DNA of 32,000 bases, taken from the NCBI RefSeq assembly GCF_052908155.1, contig NZ_CM128601.1; one strand, 5' to 3'. The translations under genes and the position numbers were made by a program. Position 1 is the first letter of the stretch; every line of letters begins with the position of its first letter. Of this stretch, positions 1-10,419 are shown piece after piece. The notes under the pieces were generated by a model. That model was not told the DNA's origin, searched no databases, and worked only from the letters and a program-made list of their open reading frames with translations.

Positions 1-384
1 CATGGCGACACGCTGTGCACCGATGACGCCGGTTATCAGGCTTTTCGCGCCAAAGTCCACAAACCCTGGCTGCAAACGCTATTCCTCGCCCTGCCGTTGT
101 TTGTGCGCAAACGCATTGCCGCGCGAATGCGAGCGAACAGCAAAGAAGCCAACAGCAGTAAATCGCTGGCGATCATGGACGTTAACCAAAACGCGGTGGT
201 CAGTGCGATGGAAAAACATCAGGTGCAATGGCTGATTCACGGGCATACCCATCGCCCGGCAGTACATGAACTTATCGCCAATCAGCAACCTGCTTTCCGC
301 GTCGTGCTGGGTGCCTGGCATACTGAAGGTTCAATGGTGAAAGTCACGGCAGATGACGTTGAGCTGATTCATTTTCCGTTTTAA
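1..384 (+). CDS. lpxH: UDP-2,3-diacylglucosamine diphosphatase, C-terminal part (truncated by window start)
   Basis: Frame 1 reads [23 protein letters not shown]...[34 protein letters not shown]...IHFPF*, metallophosphoesterase GHTHRP motif; located directly before purE as in E. coli. Confidence 0.95.
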   Translation, partial: HGDTLCTDDAGYQAFRAKVHKPWLQTLFLALPLFVRKRIAARMRANSKEANSSKSLAIMDVNQNAVVSAMEKHQVQWLIHGHTHRPAVHELIANQQPAFRVVLGAWHTEGSMVKVTADDVELIHFPF

Positions 385-500
385 ATACCCGCAACTTTGC
401 TGATTTCACAGCCACGCAACCGTTTTCCTTGCTCTCTTTCCGTGCTATTCTCTGTGCCCTCTAAAGCCGAGAGTTGTGCACCACAGGAGTTTTAAGACGC

Positions 501-1010
501 ATGTCTTCCCGCAATAATCCGGCGCGTGTCGCCATCGTGATGGGGTCCAAAAGCGACTGGGCTACCATGCAGTTCGCCGCCGAAATCTTCGAAATCCTGA
601 ATGTCCCACACCACGTTGAAGTGGTTTCTGCTCACCGCACCCCCGATAAACTGTTCAGCTTCGCCGAAAGTGCCGAAGAGAACGGTTATCAGGTGATTAT
701 TGCGGGCGCAGGCGGCGCAGCGCACCTGCCAGGCATGATTGCCGCCAAAACGCTGGTGCCAGTGCTGGGCGTGCCAGTACAGAGCGCCGCACTGAGCGGT
801 GTCGATAGCCTCTACTCCATCGTACAAATGCCGCGCGGCATTCCGGTGGGTACACTGGCGATTGGTAAAGCTGGCGCGGCAAACGCGGCGTTACTGGCAG
901 CACAAATTCTTGCAACTCATGATAAAGAGCTACACCAGCGTCTGAATGACTGGCGCAAAGCCCAAACTGACGAAGTGCTGGAAAACCCGGACCCGCGAGG
1001 TGCGGCATGA
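501..1010 (+). CDS. purE: 5-(carboxyamino)imidazole ribonucleotide mutase, 169 aa
   Basis: [33 protein letters not shown]...; ATG at 501, overlaps purK by 4 nt (ATGA). Confidence 0.98.
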   Translation: MSSRNNPARVAIVMGSKSDWATMQFAAEIFEILNVPHHVEVVSAHRTPDKLFSFAESAEENGYQVIIAGAGGAAHLPGMIAAKTLVPVLGVPVQSAALSGVDSLYSIVQMPRGIPVGTLAIGKAGAANAALLAAQILATHDKELHQRLNDWRKAQTDEVLENPDPRGAA

Positions 1011-2074
1011 AACAGGTTTGCGTCCTCGGTAACGGGCAGTTAGGCCGTATGCTGCGTCAGGCAGGCGAACCGTTAGGCATTGCTGTCTGGCCAGTCGGGC
1101 TGGACGCTGAACCGGCGGCGGTGCCTTTTCAACAAAGTGTGATTACCGCTGAGATCGAACGCTGGCCGGAAACCGCATTAACCCGCGAGCTGGCGCGCCA
1201 TCCGGCCTTTGTGAACCGCGATGTATTCCCGATTATTGCTGACCGTCTGACTCAGAAGCAGCTTTTCGATAAGCTCCACCTGCCGACCGCACCGTGGCAG
1301 TTACTTGCCGATCGCAGCGAGTGGCCTGCGGTGTTTGATCGTTTAGGTGAGCTGGCGATTGTTAAGCGTCGCACTGGTGGCTATGACGGACGCGGTCAAT
1401 GGCGTTTACGCGCCGATGAAACCGAACAGTTACCGGCTGAATCCTACGGCGAATGTATTGTCGAGCAGGGCATAAACTTCTCTGGTGAAGTGTCGCTGGT
1501 TGGTGCGCGCGGCTTTGATGGCAGCACCGTATTTTATCCGCTGACGCATAACCTGCATCAGGACGGTATTTTACGCACCAGCGTCGCTTTCCCGCAGGCC
1601 AACGCGCAGCAACAGGCACAAGCTGAAGAGATGTTGTCGGCGATTATGCAGGAGCTGGGCTATGTGGGCGTGATGGCGATGGAGTGTTTTGTCACCCCGC
1701 AAGGTCTGCTGATCAACGAACTGGCTCCGCGTGTGCATAACAGCGGTCACTGGACACAAAACGGTGCCAGCATCAGCCAGTTTGAGCTGCATCTGCGGGC
1801 GATTACCGATCTGCCGTTACCGCAACCGGTAGTGAATAGCCCGTCGGTGATGATCAACCTGATTGGTAGCGATGTGAATTATGACTGGCTGAAACTGCCG
1901 CTAGTGCATCTGCACTGGTACGACAAAGAAGTCCGTCCGGGGCGTAAAGTGGGGCATCTGAATTTGACCGACAGCGACACATCGCGTCTGACCGCGACGC
2001 TGGAAGCCTTAATCCCGCTGCTGCCGCCGGAGTATGCCAGTGGCGTGATTTGGGCGCAGAGTAAGTTCAGTTAA
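1007..2074 (+). CDS. purK: 5-(carboxyamino)imidazole ribonucleotide synthase, 355 aa
   Basis: [36 protein letters not shown]..., ATP-grasp family, coupled to purE. Confidence 0.98.
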   Translation: MKQVCVLGNGQLGRMLRQAGEPLGIAVWPVGLDAEPAAVPFQQSVITAEIERWPETALTRELARHPAFVNRDVFPIIADRLTQKQLFDKLHLPTAPWQLLADRSEWPAVFDRLGELAIVKRRTGGYDGRGQWRLRADETEQLPAESYGECIVEQGINFSGEVSLVGARGFDGSTVFYPLTHNLHQDGILRTSVAFPQANAQQQAQAEEMLSAIMQELGYVGVMAMECFVTPQGLLINELAPRVHNSGHWTQNGASISQFELHLRAITDLPLPQPVVNSPSVMINLIGSDVNYDWLKLPLVHLHWYDKEVRPGRKVGHLNLTDSDTSRLTATLEALIPLLPPEYASGVIWAQSKFS

Positions 2075-2092
2075 CCTGGTGCACATATTCTT

Positions 2093-2179
2093 ACCGGATT
2101 CGGCGTGAACGCCTTATCCGGCTTAACGCTCCGGTACCCATTGTAGGCCTGATAAGACGCGTCAAGCGTCGCATCAGGC
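2093..2179. repeat. REP/BIME-type palindromic units between convergent purK and ybcF
   Basis: accggattcggcgtgaacgccttatccggc (2093-2122) and gtaggcctgataagacgcgtcaagcgtcgcatcaggc (2143-2179), typical E. coli REP sequences. Confidence 0.85.
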
Positions 2180-2200
2180 ACAAATGTCTAATGCCTACGA

Positions 2201-3094
2201 CTACAGCGAAATACAGGTCCCCGCTTCGCCCGCCAGCGTCTCTTCAATCCGCGATAACGCCCCAATCCACGCAGGTTTGCCACGGCTTCTGACATAGCCA
2301 CTCACCGCCGTTACCTTCGGCCCCATCGAACCATCGGCTTTGGCAAATGGCGCTAACTCATCCGGTGTGGCACGGCGAATGGCGCGTTGCTGCGGCGTTC
2401 CCCAGTTTTCATAAACCGCGTCAGCATCGGTGAGGATCACCAGCCCATCGGCGTTAATCTGCTCAGCGAGCAACGCAGCGGCGAGATCTTTATCAATCAC
2501 TGCTTCACTCCCTGCTCCGTCATCCGTCACAGGCACACCGCCGCCGCCACTGCAAATCACCACATGCCCCTCTTTGAGCAACAACTCGATGGCTTCGCTG
2601 TCGAGAATTTTACGCGGTTGCGGAGACGCCACCACCCGGCGCAAATATTTACCATCACGTTTCATCTGCCAGCCGTAAGCCGCTTCCAGTGCCTCTTGTT
2701 CTTCTGGCTGATAAACCGGACCGATAAACTTCTCTGGCTGCAAAAACGCCGGATCATCAGGCGAAACCTCAATGCGCGTCAGCACCGTCGTCACGGGCGG
2801 CATCTGCGGCTGTGCGCTCAAGCTCTGCGCCAGCATATAGCCAATCATCCCCTGGCTTTCCGCCACCAGCACATCCAGCGGATACGGTTCTACCTCTTTC
2901 CACGCCAGATTCTGTAACGCCAGCAGCCCCACCTGCGGCCCGTTGCCGTGAACAATCGCCAGCCGATAAGAACGGGCCAGGCGCGCCAGCGCAGGTACAG
3001 CGCTGGCGATATTGCGATATTGATTTTCTGCCGTCAGCGCCTCACCGCGCTGAAGCAAGGCATTGCCCCCAAGAGCTACAACCAGTGTTTTCAT
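2201..3094 (-). CDS. ybcF: Carbamate kinase-like protein (YbcF / AllK)
   Basis: 297 aa, [30 protein letters not shown]...; carbamate kinase family motifs and synteny. Confidence 0.93.
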   Translation of the reverse strand: MKTLVVALGGNALLQRGEALTAENQYRNIASAVPALARLARSYRLAIVHGNGPQVGLLALQNLAWKEVEPYPLDVLVAESQGMIGYMLAQSLSAQPQMPPVTTVLTRIEVSPDDPAFLQPEKFIGPVYQPEEQEALEAAYGWQMKRDGKYLRRVVASPQPRKILDSEAIELLLKEGHVVICSGGGGVPVTDDGAGSEAVIDKDLAAALLAEQINADGLVILTDADAVYENWGTPQQRAIRRATPDELAPFAKADGSMGPKVTAVSGYVRSRGKPAWIGALSRIEETLAGEAGTCISL

Positions 3095-3906
3095 GGTTTT
3101 CCTTGTAATAATTGTTGACCAAGCCAGAACCCCAGCAGCGTATCGGCCCCTGACGTGTGCCCCAGCGCCAGCAGCGAATCAATCGCAACAGCGGTACGTT
3201 TCGGGCAACTCAGAGCATGGACAAAGTGCAGGAGTGGCGAGGCGAAATATCCTTGCGCGGCATAACGTAAATAACTGACGCTCACCGCTGTGGTAACGAG
3301 TTGAAGATTGTCGGAACAGACAAAAAATGGGCGACCGGAGCGCGCATCTAAAGCGCCATAATACCAGGCCGCCAGCAGCATTCCGCTCAGCGTGTCATCA
3401 TGACTCGGCGTTAATCCCGGACCTTTGCCCAGCCAGTGCCGCCAGTCGGTCTTCACGCCATTGAGCGCGGCCTGAAAACAGTGGCGAAACTGGCGTAATT
3501 CAGCAGGAAGCGGATCGCCTGCCGCCAACGCCAGTGGCCCGAAAAGCCCGGTTTCCTCCGCGCGTTGCATCCATGCAGCTGCAAGCGGTTGAGGATGCGC
3601 AGGCGGCGTAATACGCAGCAAACAATAACGCTGTGGCTGTTTAACCGTGAAACGTCCGAGGCGAATCCCTTGAGCCACTACCTTCGGTCGTTCATTGCCG
3701 CATAATCCACCGCATAACGCATCGAATTGCGCGCGTCGAAGCACCCATCCTCCGGGGCCGAAACCACTACCCTGACGATGCAGCGTTAACAGTTCGCCGC
3801 TTTCCGTCATCAGGTTAATCGCCCGCCGCCACACGCCCGCTAACCGCCAGGACTGGCGATAATTCGGTGCGTTACTAATGGCAAGCAGAGGATGGATGAT
3901 CGTCAT
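3091..3906 (-). CDS. ylbF: YlbF (DUF2877; AllH subunit of oxamate carbamoyltransferase)
   Basis: 271 aa [48 protein letters not shown]...; synteny. Confidence 0.9.
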   Translation of the reverse strand: MTIIHPLLAISNAPNYRQSWRLAGVWRRAINLMTESGELLTLHRQGSGFGPGGWVLRRAQFDALCGGLCGNERPKVVAQGIRLGRFTVKQPQRYCLLRITPPAHPQPLAAAWMQRAEETGLFGPLALAAGDPLPAELRQFRHCFQAALNGVKTDWRHWLGKGPGLTPSHDDTLSGMLLAAWYYGALDARSGRPFFVCSDNLQLVTTAVSVSYLRYAAQGYFASPLLHFVHALSCPKRTAVAIDSLLALGHTSGADTLLGFWLGQQLLQGKP

Positions 3907-3916
3907 TGCGCGTTCC

Positions 3917-5176
3917 TCAACCTATCCCCATGCTTTCAGCCAGTGCTTCCAGCGCCTGTTCAAAGCAGGCCAACGGTGCCCGCACAGTGCCTGCGCCAAT
4001 CTGCCCGATCCCCGCCTCTTTATGGGCGATACCGGTATTGATGAGTGGCGTAATGCCGGTTTCTACCACGCGACGAATATCCAGCCCCAGGCACGCGCCC
4101 TGAAAATCCCAGCTTGGGATCTGCAACTGCATATTGCGTTCAAGATAAATTTCCGCCATCTCTTCAGATACCGCCCTGGCCGCTTCCATGCCACCCGCAC
4201 CGACAAAGCGCGTTACGCCAGGTGCTGCGATCATCGCCGCACCTCCGATACCAAAGGTTTCGGTAATCGCGCTATCGCCCATATCCGGGTTCGCCTGCTC
4301 CTGCGAGAAGCCGGTGAAAAACAGACCTTGCGGAGTGTTTACAGGCGCAGTAAACCAGCGTTCGCCCAGCCCGCTGACCCGAATCCCGAACATATTGCCG
4401 TTGCGGGTCATTGCCGTGACGATGCTGCCTGCGCGGATCATCGCGCCAGCATCCATCGCCGCCTTGCAGTAAGCCATCGCGAGGTTGAGGAAGAACTGAT
4501 CGGTCACGCTGAGGAAATCCATCACTTCCGCAATGTGCTGTTTATCATGATCGAGGCGAGCAATTTGTGGGGCCAGCGTACGCATTAACAGTGCTGAGGA
4601 AGCAATATTGCGTTGATGGAACTCATCGCCCATGGTAATGCCCTGCGCCATCATTGCCGTGAGATCGATACCGCGCTCCATGCGCCCCAGCGCCGCGCTT
4701 AATACTGGCATTAACACATCGCGCATCCAGCGATGGCGAGTCAGGACATCTTCGCCGTAAGCGCCAAAACGCATCACTTTGCCGATACCTTCGTTGAGGT
4801 TGCAGTACGCCCGGTTGCCGTCGGTCACGTTCTCGACCACCAGCATCGGCATACTGGCAGAAGTAATACCGCCCATTGGCCCGACGGCATTCACATGGTG
4901 ACAAGGAATGAAGTTCACTTCCCCCTGCTCCAGTATTGCCAGCGCCTGCGCTTCATCTTTCGCCCAGCCTTCGAACAGACATGCGCCCACGCACGCCCCT
5001 TTCATGGGTCCGGTCATCTCCTGCCAGCGCATTGGCGGCCCGGCGTGAAGCAGTGTTTTGCCCTCGTTTAGTTCGCTGATAAGTGAAGAAGCCGGTTGCA
5101 CATCCAGCCAGTGTGGACGAGCGCGACGAATTTGTTCGATAACCGCAGCATTGGCTTGCGCCACTGATGTAAACAT
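3917..5176 (-). CDS. ylbE: YlbE (DUF1116; AllG subunit of oxamate carbamoyltransferase)
   Basis: Intact 419 aa [34 protein letters not shown]...; synteny. Confidence 0.9.
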   Translation of the reverse strand: MFTSVAQANAAVIEQIRRARPHWLDVQPASSLISELNEGKTLLHAGPPMRWQEMTGPMKGACVGACLFEGWAKDEAQALAILEQGEVNFIPCHHVNAVGPMGGITSASMPMLVVENVTDGNRAYCNLNEGIGKVMRFGAYGEDVLTRHRWMRDVLMPVLSAALGRMERGIDLTAMMAQGITMGDEFHQRNIASSALLMRTLAPQIARLDHDKQHIAEVMDFLSVTDQFFLNLAMAYCKAAMDAGAMIRAGSIVTAMTRNGNMFGIRVSGLGERWFTAPVNTPQGLFFTGFSQEQANPDMGDSAITETFGIGGAAMIAAPGVTRFVGAGGMEAARAVSEEMAEIYLERNMQLQIPSWDFQGACLGLDIRRVVETGITPLINTGIAHKEAGIGQIGAGTVRAPLACFEQALEALAESMGIG

Positions 5177-5185
5177 GGGAACCCC

Positions 5186-6853
5186 TTATTGCAAACGTTC
5201 TAATAAACGAGCCAGTTTTTTATTGCCGCCGGCGACTGGCGACCATTGGTAATGCACAACCGGTTTGCTGGCGCTTTGTAGCTCCAGCGCAAAGTTGCGT
5301 AATCCGATGTTAATCACGGCGACGTTTTCCAGTAATGACGGTGTGTGTTGCTGTGTGGCAGGCGAGAGCGGATGAATTAACGCTGCCGCCAGCAAGGTGG
5401 CTTCCGGTAGCGAACTCACGACCGCAATCCCCGCATCTTCCAGCGTGGCGATTTGCTGCGAGCGGCATTGCGGGTCACGTTCGGTACCTGTCACCGTGGC
5501 AATGGCGTACAGCGGTTGGCTGTCTGAACGCGCGGCACAGGCTTTTTGCCAGGCGCTCACCAGCGAGGCGGCAGGATCGGCGGTCGCGCCGAAGCCAATC
5601 ACGACATCAAGTAGCAATACGCGCACTGACGGTTTAGCGCCGAGATCGGCAATTAACTGGTTGCGTAAGGTTGGGTCGATCATCGGATGGGGACGCCCGA
5701 CGGTGTAGAAATCATCGCCGAGGTCAATAATCTGGTGACCATCGGCGTCGAGCATCATGCCGTGATGATGGGCATCATCGGCTTCCACGCCAAGGTGTCC
5801 GGCAAGTAATCCCGCCGCTTCGGCGGCCAGCGTACCGCCGGTATACAAACCGCAAATAAATCCGCTGCCGACAGGTGCTATTGCGTTACGTCGCGCCGTG
5901 ACGCGTGAAAGCAGGCAAGACAGGCGAGCGGCCTCATCCAGCGAGGAGGCAAACCAGACATTCTCGTCGCGGGCCACCGCCGGGGTATAACCTAAAAACA
6001 GCGCCACCGTCGGTTTGCCGGTTGCTTTCATGGCATTAACAATTTTCAGACGCACAGCTTCGGCAGGTGGTTTTGAAACAAATGCCAGCACCTCGCTTTT
6101 CGCATCGGCGCTTAACATTTCCAGCGCCGTTAGCGCACTGATGCCGCCCACTTCACGGCTGAGATCGCGCCCGCCAAGACCAATCGCGTGAGTAATTCCC
6201 TCCCCTGCCAGCGCAATCTGTGAGCACAGCTCCTGAATCCCGGTACCGGAAGCGCCAATGACGCCAATGTTGCCTTCCGGCATCACGTTAGCAAAAGCCA
6301 GCGGCGTGGCGGCAATCATTGACGTACCGCAGTCCGGCCCCATCACCAGCAAGCCTTTATCGCGTGCGCGGGTTTTGAGTTGGATTTCATCTTCCAGCGT
6401 GACGTTATCGGAGAACATCATCACGTTGAGGTTGCGATCCAGCGCCTGATTCGCCAGTTCCGCCGCATACTCGCCAGCCACTGAAATCAGCGCCAGACTG
6501 GCATCGGGTAATTTCTGACAGGCACTGTCCCAGCGACGCACCTGCGTCAACGCCTGGCTGCTGCCTGAACCCTGCGCCAGTTGTTTTAGCGCCTCTTCAA
6601 GCTGTTGCATAATCGCCTGCGCGATCCCCGCATCCGCCGCTTCGCTACGAATTGCCACGCAAATATCGTTCGGCGTGGCGTTATTAAAATCGTCATGCCA
6701 GAAACCTGTAGTCTCTAATAACGCTTTATTGGCGGGCGTACCCATCATTACAGAAACATCATCAACATTTTCTGATTCGCTTAGTTTTCGTGAAATAATC
6801 ATTAAACTGACCGAATCCTGAAAACACCCTTTTTTAATAAAGGCGTGGATCAT
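5186..6853 (-). CDS. fdrA: FdrA (acyl-CoA synthetase-like; AllF subunit)
   Basis: 555 aa MIHAFIKKGCFQDSVSLMIISRKLSESENVDDVSVMMGTPANK...; synteny. Confidence 0.95.
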   Translation of the reverse strand: MIHAFIKKGCFQDSVSLMIISRKLSESENVDDVSVMMGTPANKALLETTGFWHDDFNNATPNDICVAIRSEAADAGIAQAIMQQLEEALKQLAQGSGSSQALTQVRRWDSACQKLPDASLALISVAGEYAAELANQALDRNLNVMMFSDNVTLEDEIQLKTRARDKGLLVMGPDCGTSMIAATPLAFANVMPEGNIGVIGASGTGIQELCSQIALAGEGITHAIGLGGRDLSREVGGISALTALEMLSADAKSEVLAFVSKPPAEAVRLKIVNAMKATGKPTVALFLGYTPAVARDENVWFASSLDEAARLSCLLSRVTARRNAIAPVGSGFICGLYTGGTLAAEAAGLLAGHLGVEADDAHHHGMMLDADGHQIIDLGDDFYTVGRPHPMIDPTLRNQLIADLGAKPSVRVLLLDVVIGFGATADPAASLVSAWQKACAARSDSQPLYAIATVTGTERDPQCRSQQIATLEDAGIAVVSSLPEATLLAAALIHPLSPATQQHTPSLLENVAVINIGLRNFALELQSASKPVVHYQWSPVAGGNKKLARLLERLQ

Positions 6854-7169
6854 AACAACTCCTTAAAAATTGCACCCATGGCAATTGCACGAGCAGTGTT
6901 AATGTGGCGATTACGGTATCGATGACAACGAGTAAATAAGGTGATGAATATCACACAGGGATTATTAACAAAAGAATTCAAATAACCGCCAGGCGATTAC
7001 GTGTTATTTTTTAATAAGCGTGGTTGTTTTAAAAACCAGGTTAAAAGCGAGCGGATTGTCAAATAAATTCTAACTATATTTTTTTGCCTGTCTGGATCAC
7101 ATAATCCAGATATTTTCCCTGTATGTTAATTGCAGTCATGCTTCACACCGTCGTTAAAAAGGAAGACAG

Positions 7170-8219
7170 ATGAAAATCAGTCGGGAAACACTCCACCAGC
7201 TAATCGAGAATAAACTCTGCCAGGCTGGGTTAAAACGTGAGCACGCTGCAACCGTGGCTGAAGTATTGGTTTACGCCGATGCCAGAGGGATCCACTCTCA
7301 TGGCGCGGTGCGCGTGGAATACTACGCGGAACGCATTTCAAAAGGCGGCACCAACCGTGAACCGGAATTTCGTCTTGAAGAAACCGGGCCGTGTTCGGCA
7401 ATTTTACATGCCGACAATGCTGCCGGACAGGTCGCGGCGAAAATGGGTATGGAACATGCCATCAAAACCGCCCAGCAAAATGGCGTTGCGGTGGTCGGTA
7501 TCAGCCGGATGGGTCACAGCGGCGCAATCTCTTATTTTGTGCAGCAGGCAGCCCGCGCAGGGTTAATTGGCATTTCGATGTGCCAGTCCGATCCAATGGT
7601 GGTGCCGTTTGGCGGCGCGGAAATTTACTACGGAACTAACCCACTGGCCTTTGCCGCGCCGGGAGAAGGCGACGAGATCCTTACCTTTGATATGGCGACT
7701 ACCGTACAGGCATGGGGAAAAGTGCTCGACGCCCGCTCGCGTAATATGTCTATCCCGGATACCTGGGCGGTCGATAAAAACGGAGCACCAACAACCGATC
7801 CATTTGCAGTTAACGCCCTGCTCCCTGCCGCCGGACCGAAAGGGTATGGCCTGATGATGATGATTGACGTCCTCTCAGGCGTCTTACTCGGCTTACCGTT
7901 CGGGCGACAGGTTAGTTCGATGTATGACGATTTACACGCCGGGCGTAATTTGGGGCAATTACATATCGTTATTAACCCGAACTTTTTCTCCTCCAGCGAA
8001 CTATTCCGTCAACATCTTAGCCAGACCATGCGCGAATTAAATGCCATAACCCCCGCGCCCGGTTTTAACCAGGTTTATTATCCCGGACAGGATCAGGATA
8101 TTAAACAACGCAAAGCCGCCGTCGAAGGCATCGAAATTGTTGATGATATTTACCAGTATTTAATTTCCGACGCGCTTTATAACACGTCATACGAAACGAA
8201 AAATCCCTTTGCGCAATAA
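7170..8219 (+). CDS. allD: Ureidoglycolate dehydrogenase, 349 aa
   Basis: MKISRETLHQLIENKLCQAGLKREHAATVAEVLVYADARGIHSHGAVRVEYY...; malate/lactate dehydrogenase-2 family. Confidence 0.97.
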   Translation: MKISRETLHQLIENKLCQAGLKREHAATVAEVLVYADARGIHSHGAVRVEYYAERISKGGTNREPEFRLEETGPCSAILHADNAAGQVAAKMGMEHAIKTAQQNGVAVVGISRMGHSGAISYFVQQAARAGLIGISMCQSDPMVVPFGGAEIYYGTNPLAFAAPGEGDEILTFDMATTVQAWGKVLDARSRNMSIPDTWAVDKNGAPTTDPFAVNALLPAAGPKGYGLMMMIDVLSGVLLGLPFGRQVSSMYDDLHAGRNLGQLHIVINPNFFSSSELFRQHLSQTMRELNAITPAPGFNQVYYPGQDQDIKQRKAAVEGIEIVDDIYQYLISDALYNTSYETKNPFAQ

Positions 8220-8240
8220 TTATTGAGACAGGACTTTCTT

Positions 8241-9476
8241 ATGATTACACATTTTCGTCAAGCCATAGAAGAAACGCTGCCCTGGCTTTCCTCTTTTGGC
8301 GCTGACCCAACGGGTGGTATGACCCGTTTACTTTATTCGCCGGAATGGCTGGAAACTCAGCAGCAATTTAAAAAAAGAATGGCAGCAAGCGGGCTGGAAA
8401 CACGTTTCGATGAAGTGGGGAATTTATATGGTCGCCTGAGTGGCACCGAATATCCACAGGAAGTGGTTCTGAGCGGTTCGCATATCGATACCGTGGTTAA
8501 CGGCGGTAACCTCGACGGGCAATTCGGCGCGCTGGCGGCGTGGCTGGCAATTGACTGGCTGAAAACGCAATACGGCGCGCCGTTACGTACGGTCGAAGTG
8601 GTGGCGATGGCAGAAGAAGAAGGCAGCCGCTTCCCGTATGTCTTCTGGGGCAGTAAAAATATCTTTGGGCTGGCGAATCCTGACGACGTGCGGAATATCT
8701 GTGATGCCAAAGGAAATAGTTTTGTCGATGCGATGAAGGCTTGCGGATTTACTCTGCCGAACGCCCCACTAACTCCGCGTCAGGATATTAAAGCCTTTGT
8801 CGAACTGCATATCGAACAGGGCTGTGTGCTGGAAAGTAATGGGCAGTCAATTGGCGTGGTGAATGCAATTGTCGGGCAGCGTCGTTATACGGTGACGCTG
8901 AACGGCGAATCAAACCATGCAGGCACCACGCCGATGGGTTAGCGTCGTGATACGGTTTACGCTTTCAGTCGCATTTGCCATCAGTCGATCGAAAAAGCGA
9001 AAAAGATGGGCGACCCGCTGGTGCTGACCTTTGGCAAGGTGGAGCCGCGCCCGAATACGGTGAATGTGGTGCCGGGTAAAACCACGTTCACCATTGATTG
9101 TCGTCATACCGACGCCGCCGTGCTGCGTGATTTCACCCAACAGTTAGAAAACGACATGCGGGCGATTTGCGATGAAATGGACATTGGTATTGATATCGAT
9201 TTATGGATGGACGAAGAACCCGTGCCGATGAATAAGGACCTGGTCGCCACCCTGACAGAATTGTGTGAAAGTGAAAAACTGAATTACCGGGTGATGCACA
9301 GTGGTGCCGGGCACGACGCGCAAATTTTCGCGCCTCGCGTGCCGACCTGCATGATTTTCATTCCCAGCATCAACGGGATCAGCCATAACCCGGCGGAACG
9401 CACCAATATTACCGACCTTGCCGAAGGGGTCAAAACGTTGGCACTCATGCTTTATCAACTTGCCTGGCAGAAATAA
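8241..9476 (+). pseudogene. allC: Allantoate amidohydrolase, interrupted by an in-frame amber codon (TAG 8940-8942, codon 234)
   Basis: MITHFRQAIEETLPWLSSFGADPTGGMTRLLYSPEW...HAGTTPMG-TAG-RRDTVYAFSRICHQSIEKAKKMGDPLVLTFG...LYQLAWQK*; both halves share one frame, total 411 sense/nonsense codons. Confidence 0.95.
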
Positions 9477-9486
9477 GGAGTCATAA

Positions 9487-9525
9487 ATGGGATATATCTA
9501 TAACTTATTTTCAATAACGCATTGA
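9487..9525 (+). pseudogene. allE: Residual 5' start of allE, now a 12-codon mini-ORF running into the element (MGYIYNLFSITH*)
   Basis: ATGGGATAT keeps the first three allE codons before the attL junction. Confidence 0.8.
9489..9495 (+). other. attL core GGGATAT
   Basis: Direct repeat with 19903-19909; flank switches from allE codons to element sequence. Confidence 0.8.
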
Positions 9526-9568
9526 TTTAATTAAACAATATACACTGCAAGAAGTGCCAAAAATCGCA

Positions 9569-9594
9569 AATTAACTACACCATTAACTACACCG
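9569..9594 (+). repeat. Sub-terminal repeat AATTAACTACACCATTAACTACACCG (left copy)
   Basis: Identical 26 bp at 19750-19775; contains tandem TTAACTACACC units, likely integrase arm-type sites. Confidence 0.85.
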
Positions 9595-9813
9595 TTCGGT
9601 GCACTGTATGAAACAACGTGGAACAAATAGACACAAGAAATATACAGGCGGGTCATCTTTCCAGGGAGAAGCACGCCAATTCATGAGGGGCGTTAATGTC
9701 GATATGGAGATCCCCATAACGGGGCTACCTGGCTTTTTTTCCGGTTAAATGTCAATCAGGCTGGTGGGTTTTACATACCCTTGATCACCGTAATGATGAT
9801 CCAGATCTGTACC

Positions 9814-9832
9814 TTTCCACCAATGGTGGAAA
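9814..9832. repeat. Perfect hairpin TTTCCACC-AAT-GGTGGAAA
   Basis: 8-bp perfect arms, 3-nt loop. Confidence 0.7.
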
Positions 9833-9855
9833 AGCCCACAGCAGGCCGCCCAGCC

Positions 9856-9870
9856 TCCCCCAATGGGGGA
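9856..9870. repeat. Perfect hairpin TCCCCC-AAT-GGGGGA
   Basis: 6-bp perfect arms with the same AAT loop, centred 40 bp from the preceding hairpin. Confidence 0.7.
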
Positions 9871-10125
9871 TTGTGGAAGAATCAACGGGTTAGGCCTTAC
9901 CAGCAAAAAAGCACATCAACTGTAACGGAAATCGTTATGGTTGCTGGTGGGCTAAATCATCGTTATGGTGATGCAGCCATGTAGACGTTCCGGTCTCCTC
10001 AAATTGAGGTTTCCGAAAATATCAGCGGGTTAGCGATTAAACTGACCATTAATTAAACTGCGAAAATGTCGTAGTTGTGAGGGGTGTAGCCAACCCATTT
10101 TTGGAACGTCGGGAATATCAACCAG

Positions 10126-10419
10126 TTACCGCCGCAACCGCTCCGGCTTCTTCCAGTGGTAAGTAATTTTTTCTTTCTCCTGGTACATCTCCACGCGGCG
10201 ACGATATGACAACAACTCCAGAACTCTGGTGCGTATATTGCGTATATCCACGCCGTTAAGCTCGATACCGTCACGGCGCATCACCTCAGCCACCACACGC
10301 GCGTAATTTTTGGCTATCACGCTGTCCGGCTGCGTGGCCTCCTGTTTGCCTGCTTCCTGGCTGATTCCGGTAACGCGGCGGATTATTTTTAGTAGTTCGG
10401 TTTCGCTCATTCTCGTCAT
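10126..10419 (-). CDS. Hypothetical protein, 97 aa, translationally coupled to the terminase ORF
   Basis: MTRMSETELLKIIRRVTGISQEAGKQEATQPDSVIAKNYARVVAEVMRRDG...; ATGA overlap with upstream ORF. Confidence 0.65.
   Translation of the reverse strand: MTRMSETELLKIIRRVTGISQEAGKQEATQPDSVIAKNYARVVAEVMRRDGIELNGVDIRNIRTRVLELLSYRRRVEMYQEKEKITYHWKKPERLRR

Noticed and set aside
2093-2179. Possible CRISPR-like or mobile repeat after purK
   Set aside because: These are ordinary E. coli REP/BIME palindromes between convergent genes.
8942-9006. Interpreting allC as two separate genes or as a frameshift
   Set aside because: The downstream frame is the same as the upstream one (offset a multiple of three), so it is a single nonsense codon; the 9006 start is an internal Met.
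9781-9984. 67-aa plus-strand ORF MITVMMIQICTFPPMVEKPTAG...
   Set aside because: It runs straight through both perfect hairpins and has an unconvincing composition; more likely a non-coding structured segment.
10053-10274. 73-aa minus-strand ORF at the element's left end
   Set aside because: It overlaps the better supported 97-aa ORF in another frame and has a Cys/Trp-rich composition typical of a spurious frame.
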